DNA from: Actinomycetes bacterium
GTDB taxonomy: Bacteria; Actinomycetota; Acidimicrobiia; Acidimicrobiales; CADCSY01
DNA length: 64,000 nucleotides
Direction of reading: 5' to 3'
NCBI GenBank assembly: GCA_031399525.1
Contig: JANNOZ010000010.1
Coordinates: 295,132-359,131, forward strand
Part shown: one piece after another, positions 27,861-37,485 of the stretch
How the letters are laid out: each line of letters begins with the position of its first letter
Position numbering within the stretch: position 1 is the stretch's first letter
Program-made: the position numbers and the translations under genes
The notes under the pieces: generated by a model
Database searches by the model: none
What the model saw: the letters and a program-made list of their open reading frames with translations, nothing else
Told to the model about the DNA's origin: nothing

Positions 27861-28538
27861 CTAACGGAAGACGCTGGGGTGGATGAGCAACGAGTCGCGC
27901 ACGGCCAGCTCGGCGACACGGGCCCCGGCGATGCGAGCCAGCGCACCGACCTCTCGGCGCTCGCGCCAGCGAAGCGGTCGACCCGGGCGACCGGCCAGGA
28001 CAGCCAGGTCGGTGCCTTCGAGGAGGGCACAGGTCACGTCGCCCGTGCCTCCGAGCCCAGGGCCCACCCCGGCGCTGACGCTGCCCTGGGCGAAGGCCAC
28101 CAGCCACTCCTCGCTCGGCGTGTCGCCGACGGCCCGCACCAAGGCCGACTCGATCAGATCGACCACCGCAGTCCAACTGGCGCCGACCTCACGACCGAGG
28201 GCCCACATCAGCGCATCGAGCACCTCAAGGCTCGTCCCCGCCTCGACGACCGTGGTCGCCGCGTCGAGGGCCTGGATTCGGGGGTCGCGGGCCGGGCCAA
28301 CCGCGAGGATGGCGTCTTCCACGTCGACCCCTTCGACAGCCGCCAACGACGCGACGAGCGCGTCGAGCCGACCGGGGTCGTCGAGCTCCACGGTGAGGTC
28401 GTCGACCGCCCGGCCGGCGCCCCGTTCGATGATCTCGATACCGACCACGTCGCCGCCCGCCTCACCGATGGCCGACGCCACGCTGCCCAGCGCGCCGGGC
28501 CGGTCAGGGACCCAGAGGCGCAGCACGTAGGTGGGCAC
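27861..28538 (-). CDS. ACT domain-containing protein
   Basis: Only the C-terminal ~225 codons of track ORF 27861..29051 look like protein. N-terminal ACT-like YVLRLWVPDRPGALGSVASAIGEAGGDVVGIEI. Start GTG 28538 is tentative. Confidence 0.6.
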   Translation of the reverse strand: MPTYVLRLWVPDRPGALGSVASAIGEAGGDVVGIEIIERGAGRAVDDLTVELDDPGRLDALVASLAAVEGVDVEDAILAVGPARDPRIQALDAATTVVEAGTSLEVLDALMWALGREVGASWTAVVDLIESALVRAVGDTPSEEWLVAFAQGSVSAGVGPGLGGTGDVTCALLEGTDLAVLAGRPGRPLRWRERREVGALARIAGARVAELAVRDSLLIHPSVFR

Positions 28539-28606
28539 GGCCGAGACCGTACCGGGGGTGTGTAAACGGGCTGTTACCGGCAGGAGAACGTCAGGAAAGG
28601 CACCCG

Positions 28607-29785
28607 TCAGAGCTTGGTGAGGGTGCGCCGCAAGTTGCGTACCGCCTGGGCGATTCGCTGCTCGTTCTCGATCAGCGCGAACCGGATGTAGCCCTCGCCT
28701 CCGGGCCCGAATCCGATCCCCGGCGAGACAGCCACGGCCGCGTCGGTGACGAGGGAGCTGGCGAACTCGACCGACCCCATCTCCTGGTAGGGCTCGGGGA
28801 TTCGGCACCAGACGAACATGGTCCCCCGGGGTTTGGGGACGTCCCAGCCGATGCGGGCCAGGCCATCGCACAGGGCGTCGCGGCGGCTCTGGTAGATCTG
28901 GCGGAGCTCGTCGGGATAGCCGCTGGCCTCGTTCATGGTAACCGTGGCGGCGATCTGGATGGGCTGGAACACCCCGTAGTCGAGGTAGCTCTTGAGCTTG
29001 CCCAACGCGGCCACGACTTCGGGATTGCCGACCATGAAGGCCACCCGCCACCCGGCCATGGAGAACGACTTGGTCATCGAGTACAGCTCGACGGCCACTT
29101 CCTTGGCCCCTTCGGCTTGGAGGATGGACGGCGGCTGATAGCCGTCGAAACCCAGGTCGGCATAGGCAAAGTCATGGACGACCACGACCTCGCGTTCCCG
29201 GGCGAAGTCGACCACCTTCTGGAAGAAGTCGAGTTCGACGCACGTGCCGGTGGGGTTGTGGGGAAAGCTCAGCACGATCACCCGCGGCTTGGGCCAGGAC
29301 CATTCGTAGCGCTCGACGAGGGTGTCGAAGAAGTCGGCGCCGGCGTCGCCCATGGGCATCTCGCGCACCTCGGCCCCGGCGAACAGGGGGCCATAGATGT
29401 GGATCGGGTAGGTCGGCGACGGCACCAGGGCGGCGTCGCCCGGCCCGAGCAAGGTCCACATGAGGTGGCTGAACCCCTCTTTGGCCCCGATGGTGTTGAT
29501 GACCTCGGTCTCGGGGTCGAGGGTCACCCCCCACTTGCGCTGGTAGAGGTCAGCCACCGCTTCCCGCAGCTTGGGTATCCCTTTGCTGGCCGAGTACCGG
29601 TGGTTGCGGGAGTTGTGGGCTGCTTCGGTCAGCTTCTCGACCGCGATGGCCGGTGACGGCAGGTCGGGGTTGCCGAAGGCGAAGTCGATGACGTCGACCC
29701 CTGACCACCTGGCCTGCTTTTTCAACCCGTCGATGACTCCGAGCGCGTACGGGGGCAGCGAGTTGATCCGGCGGAACTCCACCAC
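28607..29785 (-). CDS. class I/II PLP-dependent aminotransferase (alanine/aspartate aminotransferase-like)
   Basis: Trimmed to GTG 29785 (VVEFRRINSLPPYALG). Motifs GNPDLP, HRYSASKGI, NPTG and a PLP-lysine context (SMTKSFSMAGWR). Confidence 0.85.
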   Translation of the reverse strand: MVEFRRINSLPPYALGVIDGLKKQARWSGVDVIDFAFGNPDLPSPAIAVEKLTEAAHNSRNHRYSASKGIPKLREAVADLYQRKWGVTLDPETEVINTIGAKEGFSHLMWTLLGPGDAALVPSPTYPIHIYGPLFAGAEVREMPMGDAGADFFDTLVERYEWSWPKPRVIVLSFPHNPTGTCVELDFFQKVVDFAREREVVVVHDFAYADLGFDGYQPPSILQAEGAKEVAVELYSMTKSFSMAGWRVAFMVGNPEVVAALGKLKSYLDYGVFQPIQIAATVTMNEASGYPDELRQIYQSRRDALCDGLARIGWDVPKPRGTMFVWCRIPEPYQEMGSVEFASSLVTDAAVAVSPGIGFGPGGEGYIRFALIENEQRIAQAVRNLRRTLTKL

Positions 29786-29840
29786 GGCGAGGGTAGTCGC
29801 CGGCCTGCGATGCCCTGGGGCGAGTTCCTCTGATCGACAG

Positions 29841-30779
29841 CTACTCGCGGGCCAACAGGGCAGCGCCGATGGCCCCCGCTCGCTCCCCCAGTTCGGCGGC
29901 CACGACGGGCACCTCCGGACGCCAGGCGTGACCGACGACGAGCCCGGCCAGCGCGGCACGAGTCGGCCCGAAGAGGTGCTCACCGGCGTCCACCAGCCCC
30001 CCGCCGACCACCACCCGCTCGGGATCGAAGACGTCGATCAGGCCGGCCAGACCGAGGGCCAGCCATGTCCCGTGGTCGGCCAGGAGCGCGACGGCGTCGG
30101 GGTCGCCGTCGGCCGCAGCGGCGGTGACGTGCTCTCCGGATACTGCGGTCGGGACCCCACCGGCCCGGGCCAGCAGGGCCGGGGCCTGACCGGCGGCCAC
30201 CCGCTCGCGGGCCGCGATGCCCAGTGCAGTCCCCGACGCGTAGCGCTCCCAACAGCCGAGGGCGCCGCAGGGGCACGCTCGGCCTCCGACCACCACCGGT
30301 AGGTGACCGACCTCCCCGGCGTAGCCATGGGCGCCCCGCAGAAGCCGACCGTCGATCACGACGCCGCCACCGATCCCGGTCCCGAGGGTGACCACCACGA
30401 GGTTGGCCGCGCCCCGGCCGGCGCCGAGGACCAGTTCTCCCCAGGCGGCGACGTTGGCGTCGTTGTCGACCCGCACCGGCAGCCCGAGCCGCTCCCCCAG
30501 CACCTCACGGGCCGGCCACGCTTCGATGCCGGGGAGGTTCGGCCCGCTGTGCAGCATGCCGTCGGCGTCGACCAGGCCGGCCAGACCCAGCCCGACAGCG
30601 ATGACCGGACCGACCACCTGGCCCCGAAGGACCGTGGTCAGCCCGACCAGCGCGACAGTGAGCTGGTCGGCTCCTTCAGGGGTGGGGACGCGGTGCTCGG
30701 CCTGGATGACGCCGCGCTCGTCGACGGCCACGCCGAGGACCTTGGTCCCCCCGACGTCGAGCCCGATGGTGAGTCCCAC
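29841..30779 (-). CDS. glk: ROK-family glucokinase
   Basis: Trimmed to GTG 30779, 9 nt after the upstream stop. GLDVGGTKVLGVAV, DNDANVAAWGE and zinc motif CPCGALGCWE. Confidence 0.85.
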   Translation of the reverse strand: MGLTIGLDVGGTKVLGVAVDERGVIQAEHRVPTPEGADQLTVALVGLTTVLRGQVVGPVIAVGLGLAGLVDADGMLHSGPNLPGIEAWPAREVLGERLGLPVRVDNDANVAAWGELVLGAGRGAANLVVVTLGTGIGGGVVIDGRLLRGAHGYAGEVGHLPVVVGGRACPCGALGCWERYASGTALGIAARERVAAGQAPALLARAGGVPTAVSGEHVTAAAADGDPDAVALLADHGTWLALGLAGLIDVFDPERVVVGGGLVDAGEHLFGPTRAALAGLVVGHAWRPEVPVVAAELGERAGAIGAALLARE

Positions 30780-30787
30780 AGGCCCGG

Positions 30788-31903
30788 TCAGTACCGGAGC
30801 AGCGCGCCGATGCGCCCCAGCACGTCGAGATCGGCGTTCTGAGCACAGAACTCCACGTCGCAGGACTGGGCCAGGGCCTCCTCGACGGCCTCTTCGATCA
30901 CATCGTCGACCTGGTCCATTTCGGCCTCGCACATGGGGCAGGCCCGGCCCACCCGGGCGACGTGGTGACAGGCCGGGCAACGCCACCCGGGCTCGGCGAA
31001 GTCGTGGGAGACCAACAGCAGCTCGACCCGGCGCTGGTTGAGGGCGTCGAGGGTGTCCTCGAGGCCGGCCACCCCGCCCCGGCGGGCCCCCAACGCCGAG
31101 CGCAGGCGACCCACCGCCTCTTCCTCTCCTCGCCGCTCGACCTCGGCCTCCACCTCCAGCGCTGCCTGGCGGATCACGTCGGCGCTCGCCCCCACCGGTA
31201 CCGACAATCGGGCTTCGAGGCGTTCCCGCAGATAGGGATGCAGTGCGGCCTCGAGCTCGTTGGCGATTTCGTCGGGGGCCCCTACGAGGAGGCGCTCGAA
31301 ACCCTCCCGTTGGAACACGTCGAAGGCCACCCGCGCCGCGTGGCGCAAGTGCTGGTGAGCCAGGGCGGCGGTGTGGTCCTGGACCTGATCCTTGAGATAG
31401 CTCTGGTCGTCGTCGTCGTGGCGGGGCAGCTGTTCGAACAGCTCGCTCGACTCGACCAGCTCGCCCAGCTCGAAAACGAACATGCGGGCTCGCTGGCGGT
31501 CGGCCAGCAGCACACCGAACCGTTCACCCTCGTCGAGCGCCCATTCGAGCTGGCGCACGTAGGGGGAGTGGTTCAGGACCAACTGGTCCCGCACGGCCAT
31601 GGGCAGCTCGACGACCTGCCAGAAACGCTGCGCCGAACACGAAAAGACGGCGACTCCACGGACGTGGGACCGGTCGAATCCGCCCCGGACCAACGCTTCG
31701 ATCTTCTCCAGATCGGCGATGACCGATCGGTTGTCGCCTGCCCGGGCCCGCCCGGCGTGGACCATCCGCTCGGCCCGGTGTACCACCTCGGCGAACCTCG
31801 GGTGCCGGCGGCCGTCGACATCGAGGTAGCAGGTGGTGACCGGTGCATCGACGCCCTGAAAGGAAGCCAGCCGGCGGATCTCGTCCTGGGTGATGACGGG
31901 CAC
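30788..31903 (-). CDS. bacterial eRF1/Pelota/Vms1-superfamily ('baeRF') protein with zinc ribbon
   Basis: 371 aa. The segment LPRHDDDDQSYLKD aligns by eye with the eRF1 LPKKHGRGGQSALRF loop. C-terminal CPAC...CPMC ribbon. Terminal GRIGALLRY resembles the GGIGAILRY end of eRF1/Pelota domain 3. Confidence 0.6.
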   Translation of the reverse strand: MPVITQDEIRRLASFQGVDAPVTTCYLDVDGRRHPRFAEVVHRAERMVHAGRARAGDNRSVIADLEKIEALVRGGFDRSHVRGVAVFSCSAQRFWQVVELPMAVRDQLVLNHSPYVRQLEWALDEGERFGVLLADRQRARMFVFELGELVESSELFEQLPRHDDDDQSYLKDQVQDHTAALAHQHLRHAARVAFDVFQREGFERLLVGAPDEIANELEAALHPYLRERLEARLSVPVGASADVIRQAALEVEAEVERRGEEEAVGRLRSALGARRGGVAGLEDTLDALNQRRVELLLVSHDFAEPGWRCPACHHVARVGRACPMCEAEMDQVDDVIEEAVEEALAQSCDVEFCAQNADLDVLGRIGALLRY

Positions 31904-31971
31904 GGGACCTCCCTGGCCACGGTGGGGACAGGGATCGTAGGCGGGTGCACGGTCCGCCGCCCGGGGCCGGT

Positions 31972-32430
31972 TCAGCTGGCGGGCAGGCGCTCGCTGCGGC
32001 GCTTGAGCTCGTCCAACGCGGTGGCCATGATCCGACCCTCTGCTCGGCGCTTCACGAATCCTGGCAAGGGCACGGCCAGCTCGACCAGCAGGTGGTAGCG
32101 CACGTCGGTCGAGCCTGGGTCGTCCTCGGCCACGGCGAACACGTACTCGCCGTCGAGACGCTTGACCAGGTCGCCCTCCACCAGCGTCCAGCTCAGGCGA
32201 TCAGGGATCTCGGCGTAGTCGTAACGCAACACGTAGCGAATGGAGTGACCCATCGCCGCGGCCCGAAACGCCACCAGAACAGCCCGATTCTCACTGTCGC
32301 GCTCGATGACCTCGGCTTCGCGCACGTCGAGCGCCCACTCCGGGTAGCGCTCGACGTCGAGCGCCACCTCGAGACACTGGGCCCGGGGCGCGGCAATCGT
32401 CGTGAACTCGGTCACCTCGTCGAGGGCCAC
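31972..32430 (-). CDS. SRPBCC (START/cyclase-dehydrase) family protein
   Basis: Trimmed to GTG 32430, preceded by AGGAGG 7 nt upstream. 152 aa. Polyketide-cyclase/CoxG-like pattern (ERYPEW...). Confidence 0.7.
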   Translation of the reverse strand: MALDEVTEFTTIAAPRAQCLEVALDVERYPEWALDVREAEVIERDSENRAVLVAFRAAAMGHSIRYVLRYDYAEIPDRLSWTLVEGDLVKRLDGEYVFAVAEDDPGSTDVRYHLLVELAVPLPGFVKRRAEGRIMATALDELKRRSERLPAS

Positions 32431-32503
32431 CGGGGCACCTCCTGTCGACGCGTCGTTGCTCGGCACGGTCCCATTCTGCCGTCGGACCCGGTGCTTCGCG
32501 CGC

Positions 32504-32965
32504 TCAACGGGCGCGGCGAGGAAATCGCCCATGGCGGGCGGCCCACATCCCGACCAGGGCGAGGCCGTAGGTCGGGACCAGCACACCGAAGGCCAGGCCG
32601 CTGAACGGTCGGACCGAAGCAGTCGCCACACCGACGACGACCTGCACGCCCAGGGCGCCCAGGAGGAGCCGGCGCACCCGGGTCGGCGCGACGTCGCCAG
32701 CCAGGAACCACAGGCCGGCTACCGACATCTCGTCATGACGGCTGCGGGAGGCGGCGAGAACGAAGGAGAGGCCGAAGAGGACCAACCCGACGAAGAACAG
32801 CACGAGGTCGACGGCGACTGCGACCACGGCCAGCTCATCGGGCCAGGCGGCCCCGAGCACGGCGGCGACCACGAACACCACCGTTCCCGCCACCGATGCG
32901 GTGACCTCGGCCATCGGGACGGCATCGGGGGCGATGCCGTCTTGACTCGTGTCGTCTTCACTCAT
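32504..32965 (-). CDS. hypothetical integral membrane protein
   Basis: 153 aa with about 4 TM helices. Its ATG forms an ATGA overlap with the upstream GT4 stop. Confidence 0.6.
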   Translation of the reverse strand: MSEDDTSQDGIAPDAVPMAEVTASVAGTVVFVVAAVLGAAWPDELAVVAVAVDLVLFFVGLVLFGLSFVLAASRSRHDEMSVAGLWFLAGDVAPTRVRRLLLGALGVQVVVGVATASVRPFSGLAFGVLVPTYGLALVGMWAARHGRFPRRAR

Positions 32966-34077
32966 TGGTTCAAGTGGTGGGCGAGGACCTGGGCCAGATG
33001 GTCGTAGGAGAGCTCGGTGGCGGTCCGGCGGCGGGCAGCGGTACCCATGGCCCGGCGCAGCTCGGCATCGTCGAGCAGTCGGGCGAGGGCGTCTGCGACA
33101 TGTCCGGGATGCCCCGGGCGGTCGACGACGAAGCCGGTGAGGCCGTCGACCACCGCCTCGCCCGCCCCACCACTGGCGCCGGCCACCGACGGAATCCCGG
33201 CTGCGGCCGCCTCGATGATCACGATGCCGAAGCCTTCCTGTTCGAGCCCACCCCAGCGCGATCGACAGGCCAGGCAGAACACGTCGGCCGCACCCAGAAG
33301 GGCCGCCTTGTCGTCCTCGGAGATCCGGCCGAGCAGGCGGACCGGCGCCCCCGACTCGTCGACCAACCGTTGGAGGCGCCCCCGGTCGCGTCCATCGCCG
33401 GCGATCATCACGACTAGGTCGGGCCGGGCCGGGGCCAGCCGCGCCGCCGCCCGGACCAGGGTGTCCATCCCCTTGCGGGGGACCAGCCGGCTGACCGAGA
33501 CGACCAGGCGGGCGTCGTCAGCAACGCCCAGACGGGCTCTGGTGGCCGCCGCCTCCTCGGCGGCGGCCGGTCGGAAACGGTCGACGTCGACACCTGGTGG
33601 CACCACGACGAGGGGCAGGGCCCGGCCGGCGGCCAGCTCGGCCTCGTCAGCGACGTAGGAACCGGCGGCGACCACGGAGGTGGCCCCGCGCAGGACCGAA
33701 CCCAGGACTGCTCGGCTCACCGGGAGTCGACCCGGGATAGCGGCCTCGGCCCCGTGCACTACCACCGAGTACGGCACCGCCAGGCGAGGGCCAAGCACGC
33801 CGAGCGGGACCGCGGGGTCGAGAATCACCGAGGTGGCGCCCACCTCGGTGGCCAATTCGTCGATCTGTCGGGCCAGCATCGGGGTCGGCAACAGCCACCG
33901 TTGGCGGGTGCGGACCACCCGGAAGGCCTGGGCCGCGTCGAACGCAGCGGCCTCCGGATGAGGAGTCGTGAGCACGGTCACCTCGCTGGGCGGGAGGCGA
34001 CGCCACAGCTCCCACAGGTACTGCTGGATGCCGCCGACCTTGGGCGGGAAATCGTTGGTGACCAACAGCGATCCCAT
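32962..34077 (-). CDS. GT4-family glycosyltransferase (phosphatidylinositol mannosyltransferase-like)
   Basis: 371 aa. LVTNDFPPKVGGIQ N-terminus and an EQEGFGIVIIEAAAAG (E-x7-E region) C-terminal motif. Confidence 0.85.
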   Translation of the reverse strand: MGSLLVTNDFPPKVGGIQQYLWELWRRLPPSEVTVLTTPHPEAAAFDAAQAFRVVRTRQRWLLPTPMLARQIDELATEVGATSVILDPAVPLGVLGPRLAVPYSVVVHGAEAAIPGRLPVSRAVLGSVLRGATSVVAAGSYVADEAELAAGRALPLVVVPPGVDVDRFRPAAAEEAAATRARLGVADDARLVVSVSRLVPRKGMDTLVRAAARLAPARPDLVVMIAGDGRDRGRLQRLVDESGAPVRLLGRISEDDKAALLGAADVFCLACRSRWGGLEQEGFGIVIIEAAAAGIPSVAGASGGAGEAVVDGLTGFVVDRPGHPGHVADALARLLDDAELRRAMGTAARRRTATELSYDHLAQVLAHHLNQ

Positions 34078-35264
34078 CAGCGGGGACCGACCGTCCGGGC
34101 TCGGGCCAGCTCGTCGAGCACCTCCGGATCACGCTCGTCGACCAGGGCCCGCTCGGCCTCGGCCAGATACCCGAGTCGGGCCGCAGCCCAGGCGGCGTGG
34201 CCCCGCACCAGCTCGTGGGGATGGGCGAGCGCCTCGACGAGGGCTTCGCGCACCCCAGGCCATCTCGGATCGGCCACATTGCCCAACACCACCAACGCGT
34301 TGCGGCGTAGCACAGCCGGGTCGCGACCAGGGATGTACCACCGACCGAATCGATCGAGCAGCTCGGCGTCGCCGGCGGCCAGGAGGTCGAGGAGATCGAC
34401 CCACTGGCCAGGCTGGGCGTCGGTGTCGATGGCGATCTCGGGGTCGACCCCGGTGCGGGTGGGCGGGCACACCTCCTGGCATTCGTCACAGCCGTAGAGG
34501 CGGTCACCCAACGCTTCCCGGTAGGCAATCGGGAACCGGCCCGGAGCCTGCACCAGCCAGGCCAGACAACGTCGGGCATCGACCACGCCGGGCCCGACGA
34601 TGGCGCCCGTCGGGCAAGAATCCACGCAGCGGTGGCAGCTCCCGCACCCGTCGTCGACCACCCTCGGTGACGGATCGAGCGGCGCGTCGGTCAGCACCGA
34701 GCCCAGCACGAACCATGACCCCTTGCCCGGGAGCAAGAGGTTGGCGTTCTTCCCGAACCAACCCAGTCCGGCCCGATGGGCGGCGGCTCGATCGACCAAG
34801 GCGTTGTCGTCGCAGAGCACCACGGTCCGCCAACCGTCGGCCTCGATTCGGTCGGCCACGGCGCCCAGGCCTCGGCGTAGCCGCAGGTAGTGGTCGGCCT
34901 GGGCGTAGCGGGCCACCCGCCCAGAGGCTCGGCCCGGCTCGGGCCGTGGCCCTGACGGCGCCCGGGCCGCGTCTCGACCACCCGTCGCGTACCGACGGGC
35001 TGCGACCACCAGCGACCGGGCACCGGCGAGGTGGTCGGCCGGGGTGGTCGATCGTGTGGGGTTGCGATAGGTGAAAGCCATACCCCCGTGAAGTCCTGCC
35101 GCCCGCCGGTTCTCGAGATCGCGCCGCGTGTCGAGGAACGGGGCGGCGGAGGTCACCCCCACCGCGTCGATGCCCACCGCTCCCGCGATGGCCCGAACGT
35201 CGCGATACAGCGCTGCGGAGTCCTCGACCGAGCGTGACCCGGCCACGCTCGTGGTCACCGCCAC
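34077..35264 (-). CDS. queG: tRNA epoxyqueuosine(34) reductase
   Basis: Trimmed to GTG 35264, just after the upstream stop. GWFGKNANLL, 4Fe-4S motifs CGSCHRCVDSCP and GCDECQEVCP, and a HEAT-like C-terminus. Confidence 0.85.
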   Translation of the reverse strand: MAVTTSVAGSRSVEDSAALYRDVRAIAGAVGIDAVGVTSAAPFLDTRRDLENRRAAGLHGGMAFTYRNPTRSTTPADHLAGARSLVVAARRYATGGRDAARAPSGPRPEPGRASGRVARYAQADHYLRLRRGLGAVADRIEADGWRTVVLCDDNALVDRAAAHRAGLGWFGKNANLLLPGKGSWFVLGSVLTDAPLDPSPRVVDDGCGSCHRCVDSCPTGAIVGPGVVDARRCLAWLVQAPGRFPIAYREALGDRLYGCDECQEVCPPTRTGVDPEIAIDTDAQPGQWVDLLDLLAAGDAELLDRFGRWYIPGRDPAVLRRNALVVLGNVADPRWPGVREALVEALAHPHELVRGHAAWAAARLGYLAEAERALVDERDPEVLDELARARTVGPR

Positions 35265-35269
35265 GGCCC

Positions 35270-36040
35270 TCAGCGACCGGTGCCGCGCGCCGAACCGGCC
35301 GAACTGGTCAGCTCCTTGGGCACCAACGCGCACACGAACCACCGGGCACCGTCCCGCCAGGCGTCTTGGGACGGCGAGAGCGCGGTGAACCCGTAGATCG
35401 AGTCGTCATAGGGCGAGGCGACGTAGTCCTCGAAGCCGGCTGAGCACTGGGCCGCCACCTGCTGGCCGAGCGGACCCGAACCCGGGAAGGGGGTCGACGG
35501 CTCGTCCGGCAGCTCACCGGTCAGAAACACCTCACCCTCGTGGCTCGTGGTGCACTCGACCACGAAGACGTCGGTGACCTGCGTGCTGTTGCCGATGGTG
35601 GCGTCGTTGAAGCAATCGCCGGTCGTGAGCTCGGCCACCGGACGGCGGTCGGTCAGCTCGTTGAACCAGTCGTTGAGATCCGATCGGAACACGACCAACG
35701 ACAGCACGGCGAGCATGACCAGAACGAGGTGGACCACACCGAGGATGACCGCGGCGAGGGCCATGCCGGAACCCGTTCGAGTGCCGTTGGACCGGGCGAT
35801 CGTCCGCCGAGCCGAGAGGCCGAGAATGATGGCCACGACGGCGCTGACCACCGGACAGATGACATAGGCGGCCAAAGAGAGCACGAGGGCCCAGATGGCC
35901 TTGGGTTCGGTCTTCGGCCAGTTGGGCGGTGGTCCCTGGGGGACGGGTTGGCCCCAGCCTGGCGGCGGCGCCGAAGGGGGCGGGCCCCAACCCGGCGTAT
36001 TGGGGGGTGGGGAGGGAGTCGGGTCGCTGGGCTGGTCCAC
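35270..36040 (-). CDS. Pro-rich membrane protein (DUF4190-like TM region plus Cys-containing extracytoplasmic domain)
   Basis: 256 aa. PPPxW-rich N-terminus, two TM helices, and a C-terminal domain with 4 Cys resembling septum-formation-type domains. Confidence 0.6.
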   Translation of the reverse strand: MDQPSDPTPSPPPNTPGWGPPPSAPPPGWGQPVPQGPPPNWPKTEPKAIWALVLSLAAYVICPVVSAVVAIILGLSARRTIARSNGTRTGSGMALAAVILGVVHLVLVMLAVLSLVVFRSDLNDWFNELTDRRPVAELTTGDCFNDATIGNSTQVTDVFVVECTTSHEGEVFLTGELPDEPSTPFPGSGPLGQQVAAQCSAGFEDYVASPYDDSIYGFTALSPSQDAWRDGARWFVCALVPKELTSSAGSARGTGR

Positions 36041-36061
36041 GTCGGCTCGCGTGCTCGTCGG

Positions 36062-36289
36062 CTATCGGGCTGCGTCGGCCGGAGGGGCGACCCGTTCGAC
36101 GGATCGACCCGAACCGCACCACCGGCAAGTGACCTCTTCCACGACCTCTTCGAGGATCTGCTCGTCCTCGACGGTCAGCTCACCACCCACCGTGTAGTGG
36201 TGGAACGCCCGGGTCCGGCGAGTGCTGACCACGTCGAACCGGGTCAGGTTGCCGCACGCAGCGCAGCGGAAGCGGGGGGCGTCGGGCAC
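36062..36289 (-). CDS. small zinc-ribbon protein
   Basis: 75 aa with two CxxC pairs (CAAC ... CRWC). Confidence 0.55.
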   Translation of the reverse strand: MPDAPRFRCAACGNLTRFDVVSTRRTRAFHHYTVGGELTVEDEQILEEVVEEVTCRWCGSGRSVERVAPPADAAR

Positions 36290-36300
36290 GGCCGCCGATG

Positions 36301-37377
36301 TTAGTTGTGAGTATCGGTTGGCCCGAGACCGCCGCCGGACACGGCGACCAGCTGTTCGAGCACCCGTGACGCCGAGCCGTCGTCGATGGCGGCCCCGGCC
36401 ATCTCGACACCAGCGGCGAGGTCGGCGACCTGGTTGCCGACCAGCAGGCCGGCGGCGGCGTTGAGCACCACCACGTCACGGTGAGCGCCGGCCTCTCCGT
36501 CGAGAATCCGGCGCAAGATGGCCACGTTGGCCTGGGCATCGCCACCCCGGAGGTCGTCGTCGGTCGCCCGAGCCAGTCCCAGCTCGGTGGCATCGACCAG
36601 GTACTGGCGGACCTCGCCCCCCACCAACTCGTGGACCGACGACAACCCGGTCGTCGTCAACTCGTCGTGACCGGCCCCGTGCACGACCATGGCCCGCTCG
36701 GCCCCCGTGGCCTCCAGGGTCTGAATCATGCGGTCGGCCATCGTGGGGTCGCCCACACCGACGATCTGGCGTCGGACCCGGGCCGGGTTGGCCAACGGGC
36801 CCAGCACGTTGAACACGGTCGGAACACCCAGCTCGCGCCGGGTGGGCCCGGCATGGCGCATCGACGGGTGGTAGCGAGGAGCGAAGCAAAAACCCATGCC
36901 CACCTCGGTCACGCAACGGGTCACACCGTCGGGTCCGAGGTCGATGACCACGCCGAGCGCCTCGAGTAGGTCGGCCGAGCCACTCGTCGAGGTGGCCCCC
37001 CGGTTGCCGTGCTTGCACACCGGCTGTCCGGCCCCGGCGATCACGAAGCTGGCCATGGTCGACACGTTGAACGCGCCCCGGCGCCGGTGTACCGACCCAC
37101 CGGTGCCGCACGTGTCGACCGCGTCGATGCTGCTCGGCAGGCTCACCCGCTCGGCCGCGTCGAGCATGGCCAACACGGCGCCGGTCAGCTCGGCGACGGT
37201 CTCGCCCTTCATGCGCAAGGCCACCAGGAACCCGGCGAGCTGGGCCGGTGTGGCTTCACCCTCCAGGATCCCGGCGATCACGGCCCGGGCTTCGTCGGCA
37301 TCGAGGTCGTCGCCGGCCATGAGCCCACCGATGACGGCCGGCCAACCGCCGAGCGCGGCGAGAGTCACATCGGGCAC
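36301..37377 (-). CDS. trpD: anthranilate phosphoribosyltransferase
   Basis: Motifs MKGET, DTCGTGGS and KHGNRGATS. Start set at GTG 37377 (37368 is also possible), because ATG 37482 would sit 3 nt from the divergent gene's ATG. Confidence 0.88.
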   Translation of the reverse strand: MPDVTLAALGGWPAVIGGLMAGDDLDADEARAVIAGILEGEATPAQLAGFLVALRMKGETVAELTGAVLAMLDAAERVSLPSSIDAVDTCGTGGSVHRRRGAFNVSTMASFVIAGAGQPVCKHGNRGATSTSGSADLLEALGVVIDLGPDGVTRCVTEVGMGFCFAPRYHPSMRHAGPTRRELGVPTVFNVLGPLANPARVRRQIVGVGDPTMADRMIQTLEATGAERAMVVHGAGHDELTTTGLSSVHELVGGEVRQYLVDATELGLARATDDDLRGGDAQANVAILRRILDGEAGAHRDVVVLNAAAGLLVGNQVADLAAGVEMAGAAIDDGSASRVLEQLVAVSGGGLGPTDTHN

Positions 37378-37485
37378 GACGGCACGGTAGCGGCCAGCCC
37401 GGCCCCGAACTCGGGTGATCGGGGCCACCTTCGGTGGGCGAGGTGCAGCGCTGAGCGGTGCCTGGCGCGCGAAGCTGACCATCTC

